From Neophaeotheca triangularis (Eukaryota), in contig BAAIJX010000037.1 in the NCBI GenBank assembly GCA_054600435.1, positions 1-64,000 of the forward strand: a stretch of 64,000 nucleotides of DNA, read 5' to 3'. Positions 35,081 to 46,199 of this stretch are shown here, one piece after another. The translations under genes were made by a program, and so were the position numbers. The notes below the pieces were generated by a model that ran no database searches, was not told the origin of the DNA, and was given only the letters and a program-made list of their open reading frames with translations. The first letter of the stretch is position 1, and each line of letters starts with the position of its first letter.

Positions 35081-36087
35081 ATGTCGAACAAGGTAGGCCA
35101 ACCTCACCTCGTCCATCATCACCACCACCAGCAGGCAAAATGCCTCCTCTTGAAAGAGCCTCTCAGTTCCTTCAACACCTCAATCCCTCCCCCTCTTCTT
35201 CTTCACCGTCTTCTCCCGCTCATTCTAATCCCGCAAAGGCTCAATACATCCTCCTCGACTGCGACAACACTCTCTGCTTGAGTGAGCGTCTGGCTTTTGA
35301 GGCCTGCACCGACCTCTCCAATGAAGTCCTTGCCAAGTACAACCGCGATGCCCGCTACACCGTCGACAAGCTGCTCGAGGAGTTTGTCGGCCACAACTTC
35401 CGCGGCATGCTCAATGGCCTGCAGAAACAGCACGACTTCAAGATGCCCGACGAGGACGTCGACCGCTACGTCGAGATGGAGCTTGGCCGTGTCACCACCA
35501 AGCTGAGCGAGAAGTGCCAGCCCTGCCCCGGCGCTCCAGAGATGCTCGAGTGGATCAAGAGGCACGGCTACCCCATGGCTGTTGTTTCTACTTCCGCCAA
35601 GCCTCGCGTCGTCGCCAGCATTGAGAAGGTCGGCATCTCCCACTACTTCCACGATGAGCACGTCTACAGCGCTGCCACGTCTCTCAACCCTCCATCCTCC
35701 AAGCCCGACCCCAAGATCTACAACTTCGCTTGCGAGCAGCTGGGTGTTGCGAACAAGGACGCTGTCACGGTCGAGGACTCCAAGAGCGGTGCCACTGCTG
35801 CCATGCGTGCCGGCATCCCCTGCATCGGTTACGTCGGCGTCTACGGTGTCGAGGAGGGCAAGGAGAAGATGGAGCAGATGGCCAAGACGTTGACCGAGCA
35901 GTGCCACTGCAAGGTCATCATGTACGACTGGTTAGTAGTGTCCTTCACATACTTCCTAGCCACACCCAAGCTAACCATTTCTTTTCTTCTCGCTTACAGG
36001 AAGGAGTTCCCCGAGTGCCTCAAGAAGATCGAGCAAGGCATCGCCGATGACCTCTCCCTCAAGAAGCAGGACACCCCCATGTCTTAG
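35081..36087 (+). CDS. HAD-superfamily hydrolase/phosphatase (beta-PGM/CbbY-like); exons 35081-35092, 35239-35930, 36000-36087
   Basis: Motif I DCDNTL, motif II VVSTS, KPDPKIY, VEDSKSG; strong optimal codon use; two GT-AG introns with CTAAY branch points. Confidence 0.92.
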
Positions 36088-38382
36088 GCAGACGGCAAGG
36101 TGAAGGGTCCTCAGGTCTCGAACAAGCCCATCGTCCCCAACGACGCCGCCGGTGTTCCACGCAAGGCCTAAACAGCCCCCACAACAACACCGTCCGTCAC
36201 TCGGTTCCGATCGGCCAGGCTTGCCCTGGGGCTCCCGTTTTCTGCTTTCTTCTGAGGAAGAAACAATGATTACGACGACATTTGACGACGATGACACGCT
36301 GCGGACATGTTTTTTACGACTTCGGACTCCCTAATTTTTCTTCTTCTTGTCTCTCTCCGGCGCTCATCATGGGTGTTTAAGGGAGTACGGAAGAGGGAAA
36401 AGTACGGACGGATTCGGACGGCGTTTTTCCAGCAGGCCACACAGTTACTACTAGTTTAGCGGGCTCTACTGGCCACGCTTAATAGATGATATCCCACCCA
36501 CCAATTTGAAAAGCTTTTCGAAAAATGTCTTGCTGCTGTTCCTGTGACTGCTTTTGCGCTTGTTTTGCTTACATCCTTAACTTGCACTCTTGCTTGGCAT
36601 TCTGCACCGGTTCCAAGTAGCGGATACCGTTGCTGTTCTTCGCCGACTCCCCGCTTTTCAAGACCGAAGGCGAGGTGCATGAAAGCCTTTTTACCCAACC
36701 TCACGAAGAGACCGGGAGAGCGGAAAGGGCCATGAAAAGCAACAACCCGATTCACTTAGTTCACACGGAATTGCAAGGTTTTGCAAGAAACAGCTGCAGG
36801 TGGACTCTCGAAACCGGTCGGCTGCTCTTACCAGTCGGCTTCTATCTACTTCGAGCCGTGGGAGCTTTTCACATTTGATCTTTGATGTCTGATGATTGGG
36901 CGTGTACGCACCCTTTAATGCAAGCGCTCTCGCTCGTTCCTTCGTCCCTCCTCCCTCCCTCCTTCTCCGGTCTCGACCCGACTCAACTCGACTCAACTCA
37001 ACTACGGGCAGGTACGCTCGCTTTCGCCAGCCTACACCTACAGGCTTGTCGCCTTCCTGTCGCTTCCTTGTTCTCCGGGTTAGTTGCTTTACCGCGTTGC
37101 TTCACGAGCATGATCGGAACGGGCGTGTTCGCCTGCCTGTCCTTCTATCTACCGGGGAGATGCTGCTCTATCGAAGGTGCTTGTGAGGAGATCTGTATGT
37201 ATATATGTATATATGTATCGGGGTGGATGAAAGCGGCGATGGTGGATGATGGGGAACGGGACGGCGTTTCCACGCACGCCCGAAATTGAACGGCCGCTCG
37301 TTACCTAGGTAGTCGGAGATGCAATGGCAAACTCCCCTCGGATCCGCAGTAGCATAGGGGAACGATCGGGTTGTTTGCTTTTGGATACCTGCTGCAAGAT
37401 GAATTTCTTTTCTTTCTCTTTCGCTGCTGCGCACGTTTTTGCGGTATACTTGAGAGTTAGGTCGTGGCAAGATGGGGGGAGAGCATCGATATACAAGGAT
37501 GTTTTTTTTTTTCCGTTCCTTTTGTACATGTGCGCTTTTGCTCTATGTACAAATCCACGAGAATATAGCCCAGAGATCGCTTGCTCCTTGTCCTTCATCG
37601 GATGGCAAAGCAACCGACGGAATGGGAAACCAAGATTCCCGTTCTGATGGACGCGGCGAGATGCTGCGTCATAAACGCCATTTGTCGCTAAAAAGAGGGA
37701 AGGATGAGATAAATTTGACACCGTCGCTATGCCCCGTCCATTCGCGGTTCCTTTCCCCGTGAACAGGAACCAGAGAGGAACGACGCGTGCTCCTTGTGCT
37801 GGGTATGGTGAAAAGGGTACAATATGATACAATACAACACGGCAGCCAGTCAGCCGGCTGGCTATGTGTTGGAAATTGAGAACGAGGAATTTCGAAGCGT
37901 CCGGGGCTAGGGAGGTAGATAAATGTACAGCGTGAGGTTGGGTTTGATCGGATGCGAGCTCGGGGAGCGCGATTTGGGTGGAGGCTTTCGCTTCGGAGCC
38001 TTGGTGCTTCCGTTCCGGGGCTCGATTGCTTGCCGGATCTTTCTGGTTGGGTGCTTCAAATTGCTTTCTATTTCTTTTCGGCGAAATCGCTTGCTTGAAG
38101 GTTTCGCGTCATGCTTGGGAGTTTGACCTGTAGCAGTGGGTATTAGCTATGTGTTTTTTCTATTTCTTCTCGGGCTTCTGAACATTGCGGTATTACACAC
38201 GGGAAAAAGCAACGGAGGCGCAAAGGCAAAGACTGGAAGAAGGGGAAGAGCAAGCACAAGGGGCCCGCACGAGAAGCAATTTACCCCGTAAAACCTCCGC
38301 CTGCACCTTATCGTGAAATCCCTTCCCACTTCTTTCACCTCGTTGCCGTCTCTTTTCCCTCTTAAGCTTGCGCTCGCGCTTC

Positions 38383-39344
38383 TCACCCCGACATGTTGGA
38401 AACAGCAGAGGGGAGCCTTACAACTAGCCCGTCCAATTCCTTGGACATTACGACCTGACACCCCAGCCGGCTGGTTTCCGTGAGCCCGAAGGCGAGGTCT
38501 AGCATGTCGTTTTCGTCGTCGGAGGGTTCCTCCTAAAAGTAGCAGGGCGGTCAGTGAGCGGTCTTCAACTAGACTTTCTACGATGATCTAGTGGAACAAT
38601 GCTTGTCTCGCTTCTTTCCTGGGGTTTTCGTGCGAATGCCTTGGTTGGAGCTGGCGCATGAAGTTTTGCGCGCGCGTATCCTTTGCGAGCATGCATAAGG
38701 AATACGCAGGAATACTACTGGCGTTCAAGCGCGAATCCGCGCAGGCCTGCCGAATTCGACGTCCCCGAACCCCCCAGATTTTGAACCCACTCTGCCTGTC
38801 CATCCGCGCCTCCTCTTTTTCCACATGGACCCAAACCATTCCAGCCCCCAGTCCAAACTCAGGGCCGCCGGACCCTTCTCCCCACCCTCCCGACCAAAAC
38901 TTCAAAACTTAGAAATGAACTCACCATCTTATCAAACCACTCATCCCCCTCAACAATAACATGACAAGTCGAACAAGCGCAACTCCCTCCACAAGCCCCC
39001 TCCATTTCCAAATCTTTTGCTTGAGCAATATCCAACAAGTTATCGCCGTCGGCGACCTCGAAAGTATGCTGGCTGCCGTCTTTTTCCACAAATGTGACGT
39101 GCCGCTCTTCGCCCGCTTTTGGGGGTTGTAGGTCGCCGTGCGAGGTCCGGGAGGTGGTTGTGAAAGCACGGGCGTGAGAGAGAGCGGTTCTTCGCTTGGG
39201 GAGGGGCGCGTGCGCGCTTGTTAGAGTGTGGTTTTGTCGCGTATGGAAGGCTGTTCGTGGTGTCGGGAGGCGCTGGGTGAATTGGGTGAAGCGGGAGAGG
39301 CGTTGCGCGAGGGCGCTGGGCTGGAGGGGGAGTTTGGCTGGCAT
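38383..39344 (-). CDS. YAH1: Mitochondrial [2Fe-2S] ferredoxin (adrenodoxin type); exons 39344-38925 and 38532-38383
   Basis: Presequence; [15 protein letters not shown]; second exon (absent from the ORF track) reads [27 protein letters not shown]. Confidence 0.95.
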
Positions 39345-39657
39345 GGTCGCGAGGGGTTGTTAGGGAGGGTCGAAGGAGGATGATGTATTTGTGTAGCGAC
39401 TGTCTACTTGTCTTTGTAGAGATGAGGTCGACGATGTGGTCTTGGAGACTTTTTTTTGATTACTTCATCTGAGAAACGTCGATTCACTGCCAAGCCAAGA
39501 CTTGGATCCGAGCTCGGGGAAGCTTGAACTTGAACTTGTGCCCGCCTTCACATGCATCGAGCCATCATGGAGAGAGCTTCGACTTGAGTTCAACTTCACC
39601 TTCTTTGATATCAATCAATACTACTTACTACTATAGCTGTCTAATTTGACTGCCACC

Positions 39658-41193
39658 ATGGACAAGAACAGTGGGATGCCGATAACGACCTCGACGGAAC
39701 GGAACCCGCTACGGCCATACTATATCCCGCCCAGTATCGGCCCAGCTCCTTCAACGTCGCAATCTCAACCTTCTCACGCTCATACTTCAGGCCTACCCTC
39801 GTCATACTCCTCCACCGCACGAGATTACCTGCCTGAACTGGATCTTGACATAAGAAGTACTACCAGCGAGGCCTGGACTTCAGCCCGCAGCTTAATCGAC
39901 AGCCTAGCATGGCGTTACACGTCCGTCTTACTGGCACAGCCTTTTGATGTGGCCAAGACTGTGTTGCAAGTGTCATTACCGCCGGACGCTGCTACTGGAA
40001 GTGCGGACCCGAAAAAAAAGAAGAGTCCTAGGCGAAAGACTTCAAGAAAAGAACATACCAGTCGAAGCAAATATGAAACATCAGAGGATGAGACGGCAGA
40101 CAGCGATGAAAGCGACACACCAGACTACTTCACCTCCTCCGCCCCACGAAGTCGATCGCCGCGAAAACGAAGACGGACACCATCCCCGCAGTCGCCCTCT
40201 CCGCCACCCTCTACAACACCCACCGGACGGAGAAAGAGAAGCTCCCGAAGTCCCGCATCAAACCCTCCATCTCCTTACCTCCCTCTCAAACGCATCGACA
40301 GCATCAACCACGCCCTAAGCATCCTTTACACCCACTCCGGCGCCATCGGACTTTGGCGCGGCACAAACTGCACCTTCCTCTACACCCTTCTCCACCGCAC
40401 CACCGACGCCTTCCTCCGCAGTCTCCTCCTCACCATCCTTGGCCTCCCCGAAACAGCCTCCCCCCTGGACTCCACCAGCGTCCTCTCCCGCCCCGCCTCA
40501 GCCCTCTCCCCGGACCTCTCCGACACTCCCTCCCCTCTTGCTACCCTTGCCCTCACAACGCTCGCCTCCACCCTCACCGGCCTCCTACTAGCGCCCCTAG
40601 ACCTTGTCCGTACCAAACTCATCATTACCCCTTTAACCCACGCCCCTCGCTCGACCCTCTCGAATCTCAAACGCCTGCCCTCTCTCTTCGTCCCCTCTTC
40701 CCTAACCCTCCCAACAATCCTCCACTCCTCCCTCCCCTCCCTAATTTCCACCGCCCTCCCCCTCTTCGCCCGCAGACAATTCTCCCTCACCCCGGAAACC
40801 ACTCCAAACCTCTGGCCCCTCTTCTCCTTTGCCACCTCCATTCTCGAACTCTTCCTGCGCCTACCACTGGAGACCCTCCTCCGCCGCGCCCAGGTCTCAT
40901 CGCTCCGAGCCCAGCACCGGCACGCCACCTCCAAATCTCGCACGGATGCTGATCTCGAACTCCCGACTATAATCCCCACAGCCCCATACCTCGGCATCAG
41001 CGGCACGGTCTACTCGATTCTATACTCCGAGGGCGAGGTCGCGGCTCGAGACGGCAAGGGCATGGTTAGGGTCCGGATGGGGCAGGGGGTGAAGGGGCTG
41101 GTTAGGGGTTGGAGAGTTGGGTTTTGGGGGATTGTCGGTGTTTGGGGTGCCGGGGCTCTGGGGAGTAGTGGGAATGTTGGGGGTGAGTTTTGA
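39658..41193 (+). CDS. UGO1: Mitochondrial outer-membrane fusion protein, carrier-like fold
   Basis: NPLRPYYIPP, YTSVLLAQPFDVAKTVLQV, LAPLDLVRTKL, LPLETLLRR, GLVRGWRVG; degenerate carrier PxD/ExxK/R motifs. Confidence 0.85.
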   Translation: MDKNSGMPITTSTERNPLRPYYIPPSIGPAPSTSQSQPSHAHTSGLPSSYSSTARDYLPELDLDIRSTTSEAWTSARSLIDSLAWRYTSVLLAQPFDVAKTVLQVSLPPDAATGSADPKKKKSPRRKTSRKEHTSRSKYETSEDETADSDESDTPDYFTSSAPRSRSPRKRRRTPSPQSPSPPPSTTPTGRRKRSSRSPASNPPSPYLPLKRIDSINHALSILYTHSGAIGLWRGTNCTFLYTLLHRTTDAFLRSLLLTILGLPETASPLDSTSVLSRPASALSPDLSDTPSPLATLALTTLASTLTGLLLAPLDLVRTKLIITPLTHAPRSTLSNLKRLPSLFVPSSLTLPTILHSSLPSLISTALPLFARRQFSLTPETTPNLWPLFSFATSILELFLRLPLETLLRRAQVSSLRAQHRHATSKSRTDADLELPTIIPTAPYLGISGTVYSILYSEGEVAARDGKGMVRVRMGQGVKGLVRGWRVGFWGIVGVWGAGALGSSGNVGGEF

Positions 41194-44147
41194 TTGTGAA
41201 GGTGGGAGCGGCGGTAAAGATGAGACTGGCTTGCTTGGTTCTGATTCTGTATTGTTGGTCGCGGGCGATTGCGGTGGCTGAGACTTTCGGGAAACCGGGG
41301 TCTTTGGGATCAGCCTTTGGGCCGAAAAAAGAGTCTACTAGGGCGGCGATTGTTTCGATTATCACCACTACATGGGTGTGTGAGGGCGTAGGAGCTTCGG
41401 GTCGTGTTGTGTAAGATACGATGCCATACCACCATCACCACCATCCGGCTTGATTTGCTTCGCTTTACATCTCTGGCGCAGGATTTGGTGGGATCAAGGG
41501 CAGATATGTCTCTACTCTGTAATATATCCTTCATACCACACTATCGTACCAATACCTTTTCGTTCTGCACGGTCTACGGCAAGCGCTGAACGCTATACTG
41601 GAGGGATTCTCAATCGATGTGCCAACTCGGCTGACGTTGCAACGACCGCTGGGAAACAACTCGCAGAGAGCAGAACGACATCTCGCCAGAGAAAAACCCA
41701 TCCACCTTTCCCATCGACCCCATCTTCTCGAGGTAAAGAAAGAGGAGAAAGAGGGAATGGCTTGGATGGTACTGCGAGCGCGATGATACTAGCGAATGCA
41801 CCCTCATCGGCTCCAGACTTGCCCTTTACCCTCGATTCAACCTTCCATCGGCTTTGCCAGCGAGGTCTTCATGCTGCCATCTCACGGATCCGCGACCCTT
41901 GCGTTTCTGGCTTCTGGCGGCTGATGCTGTGCTATGTCTTTGAAGAGGGACTTTGAAAGAACTTTTGCCGCCTATCTGAGCGCGGGCACACAATTTCGAC
42001 CTCACTCGTATACCCTCCGGTATCCTTGGCCCAGGCACTTTTGGGTATTTACTGGAGTGCCGACGTTGGGCTTGCGCTAAGAGTGCTTGCGTACCTGTGT
42101 GGAAGAGCCACCAGATTGGGTGTTGACAGCAAACTGGGTTTGATGAGACTCTGCCTCGCCGGTTCCTGTCCAGGGGCTATTGTCAAGAACGCGGTGGGCG
42201 GTGTCTGCGGAACCCAGTGGCGTGGAAGCTTCACGAAGTCGTCTTGCTGTCCAAGGCCTGGGAGCGAGTTGTCCAGACCGAGCGCTCGGAGACACATAGA
42301 TTCATGCATAGCGGGAAGGTGATCGGTGTGCGTTGTGTTGAACGATGGGGTGGACCATGGACGTATTGACGGCAGACAATATGTCTATGGAGGTAGGTGT
42401 ATTTTCTGTCTGGTTGATGAGACCGTGTTGGTCTGACTGGACGAAAGGCCTGCCAAGTTTACTGCGGTTGCCGCATTAGGAAGGTAACTCCATGAAAGAA
42501 CGATTGGAGGTTGAGTCTCAGGGTTCGAGTTTGAGTAGATAGCTACCCTATGGTATAGAACATCTAGCTTGGCAGACACCCCAGACAGGTAAACAGACTG
42601 GGGTACCTTGTCTGTGTCTGCCCTCGACTAGACGATCAGACATGTATTGTTACCCTGGTTGAATGCCGCTCGTGGGTATTGAGGGCAAGACCTGTATTAC
42701 CTTGAGTAAAAATTAGTTTAACTCAAGAGCATCTTTTATGTAAGAACAAGATTTGAGCGAAGAAGACCTTGGCGAGGACGAGGGGACAAATCAAGCGAGC
42801 ACTTTCACGATAGGTTGCATCGTGCGGTCGGTAGTAGGAGAAGTGGATGTTTGTTAGACGAACGAAGGGGGGTTCGTGCGATATCAGTAGTGCCGTTATG
42901 GTCACGAAACCGCATGCTTTCGAGGCTGTCAACTCCCGCGAAGAAGGTTCGATACCGTGCCAAGACAAGTCACATGCGCCAATTGAGTTAATGTGCAGTA
43001 GTATTCCCTGGTGGAAAGGTCAGAAAGGTAATAATGCTGGCCGGATGTGAGGCCAGGTGAGGTCTAACATCTCCACATTGGGAATGGGCCCGAGCGGGTG
43101 AAGTTTGCACGACTAGTAAACTTCCATTGCCTTCCTCTTCCGTCGAGGACAACCTGCGAGGTGCAACTCTCTTGGGATGATCACGAGCAGCGACAAGAAG
43201 AGCCAGACTTGCCAGAAAAATTTAAACCCCGAATGCAGGAGGTAAGGCACAAGGTTTTATCGCCCGACCACTCCGACCACGTTGCCGCTGACCGGCTGAG
43301 CCAATTCTCAAACGAAGAAAACACCTCCACTTCCATCAAGTGACCGAGAGGGATAATACTACTACTACTTATTATGAAACAATTACTACTGCAGGCCATA
43401 CGTTCTAGCAATGGCGCGACCGAGGTTTGCCGTTCTCTGATCGACCAAAGTCATTCGTCCTTTCCGACGGTCCTTGTCCTTGGTTTTCTCGATGTACCGG
43501 TAGACTGTAGTTGCCCCGGCTGTACCCAGCGCCTTGGGACAGCATCATCTCATCCAGATTCCAGCGTGCCAGATGTCGATGATGCGTTGGACATGTTCGG
43601 GTGAATGCCCTCTCCACATCAATAATGGGATGCGCCCAACACCGCCGGTGCCACCACCGCTACCGCTGGAGCCTGGTCGTCGTGGCCGGGTCGACGACGT
43701 CTGTGGAGAGGCACCTGCTCACTGTATATGCGCTGGAGGTGATCACTGGTTACCGACTAAAAATGATCTACGCGACTTTTGCTCCGATACCAAGGCGTCT
43801 TCACCCTCGACCTGCCTTGGCATATATCCAGACGACGTACTACATACAGACTTTGGAGTCTAAGTCACAACCTTCCTCCGGTTCAATCTCGCTTTTACCA
43901 CATCATACCGTTACCACGATAATGTAGCAGGCTCCAAACTATGCATTGGCCTGGCTGTCAAAGTGGACCGGTCACCCAGATGCCTCCTTCCTGCCCTAGA
44001 AGTGATCTTCATTCCACGGCGCGAAGACAGTGACGGCGAGGCGTAGAAGGTGTCTCACGAAACTCCATCCGCAAGTATAAGTAACGTGGTCTCGCACCTT
44101 CAACAAACGCCGCCAGCCACCAAGTTTTCTACACCTTGTATATCACA

Positions 44148-45528
44148 ATGCGTTTCTTCACCATCCTCGCGGCGTTGCCGCTCGCCCTTGGTGCTTCTCT
44201 CCTTCAAGTCAGACAGGAAGACGCTGTTGAAGGCCAATACATTGTCAAGCTTCGCGACAATGCCGACCCAAGCCTTGTTCAAACGCTACGAGACCAGGTC
44301 GAGAACATCCTTCCCGGGAGGCTCGGCGACACACTCGACATTGGTGACTTCAAGGGCTTCGTTTTGGCGAACCCTAACAGCAACAACTTGCTCGACGGCC
44401 TCTCGAACTTGCCTATCCTTGGGGGTCTTTTCAATACCCTCAATCGAATTTTGGACCGGGTGCTCCAATTGGACGGCGTCGAATACGTTGAGCAGGTTGT
44501 GAACGTGAGGTCGCAGGCGCTCGTTGGCCAGAACAATGCGCCCTGGGGTCTTGCTCGCATCTCCAACAGAAACCCTTACACCAGCCAATACGTGTTTGGT
44601 TAGTCTGGAGTCACCGTCTCACGTCGAGCGAATGTCCTGACAGTCAAAACAGATAACAGCGCCGGTGCAGGAACCACAGCTTACATCATCGACACTGGAA
44701 TCTACACCTCCCACAACGATTTTGGCGGTCGTGCTTCTTTCGGGGCAAACTTCATCGGTAGGTAGCCAAGTCCTCCGCGCTAGCGACATCCAACTAACAT
44801 AGCAGACAATCAAAACACCGACTGCCAGGGACACGGTATGACTAGCCCCCAAGCTAAGATACCAGCTACTACATTCACTAATGCATCTCATAGGTACCCA
44901 CGTAGCTGGCACTGTTGGCGGAAACACCTACGGTGTAGCGAAGAGGGCCAACCTTGTCGGAGTCAAAGTGCTCGACTGCAATGGCGATGGCAACTCCAGG
45001 ACCGTCGTTGCCGGTATACAATACGCCGCCCAACAAGCACAAGGAAACAACAGGGCAGTGGCCACTCTGTCCTTGGGTGGACCCTTCAGTCGCGCGATCA
45101 ACGACGCCGCCGCCGCCGCCGTTCGCAGCGGCCTCTTCATGGCCGTCGCCTCTGGCAACGAAGGCGTGAACGCCGAAAACTCCTCTCCCGCTTCCGAGCC
45201 CACCGTCTGCACCGTCGGAGCCACCGACATCTACGACCGCTTTGCTAGCTTCTCCAACTTCGGCAGCGTCGTTGACATTCTTGCACCCGGTGTCGACATT
45301 CTTTCCGCTTACATCGGCAGCCAGTCCGCCAGCACCTACCTTTCTGGTACTAGCATGGCTACACCCCACGTTGCGGGTCTTGCTGCATACTTGCTGGCTC
45401 TGGAGACGCCCAGAGCACCTGTCGCGCTTTGCGACCGCATCAAGAGCCTTTCTACCAAGAATGCCGTAAGCGGCCTGGGCGGGAGGAATACGGTCAACAA
45501 CCTCGCCTACAACGGTGCTCGGGGTTAA
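44148..45528 (+). CDS. Secreted subtilisin (S8A, proteinase K-like) with I9 propeptide; introns 44599-44652, 44758-44805, 44836-44893
   Basis: Signal peptide, YIVKL propeptide, APWGLARIS, catalytic triad IIDTG / GHGTHVAG / [12 protein letters not shown] after splicing. Confidence 0.95.
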
Positions 45529-46199
45529 ATGGACCTGGACTTGGTGAGGAGAAACAGCATATTCGACATTATATCAAATGCATACATAGCTTAGAGCAAT
45601 TAACAGCTTCGTATTTTTTTCCCACCTCGAAAAGGGTACTTCTTTCGTACAGCCCTTCATTTTCCATCCTACAGCAGGCATGGGGTTAAAGGCTACAGTC
45701 CCCGAGTACGGAGCCACACCCGCGACCAGATCTCGCACGACGATCACATCTGCCATCCGCAGATCCCCCATCCCAAGAAACAGCATCTAGCCGCAAGACG
45801 ACGGCTCGGTCTCACCAATCAGAACCGCGCCGATGCAGATGATTTGAGTTTCCCATCAACCCCACCTCACGCATGCTTCACGTCCCCGCAGAAGTTCGAA
45901 GTCTACCTACCTACACCACCCCACCTATGCCCACCTCCAGCGAGCTTTGGTGGTGATCGGTGCTTCGAAACAGGTCGAGAACCGGGCATATGGAGACGGA
46001 GGTATATCTAGGTACATCGTCGGTGGCGCGCTGTTTGTTATGGGCGGGGTTTGTGGGGTTTATTATATTTGGGATGCACCTCTGGGTCTTTGCTTCTGTT
46101 GATGCTACTTTAATCAGCTTGTTCGTGTGTTTAGAATCGCAGACTGTTAGCAAAGAGCTGGGTAGCGACATTTGAGGCTGGAAGATACAGCTCAAGAAC

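Noticed and set aside
41200..44100. Scattered 60-170 aa ORFs between UGO1 and the subtilisin
   Set aside because: No consistent splice model, motif or transposon hallmark found
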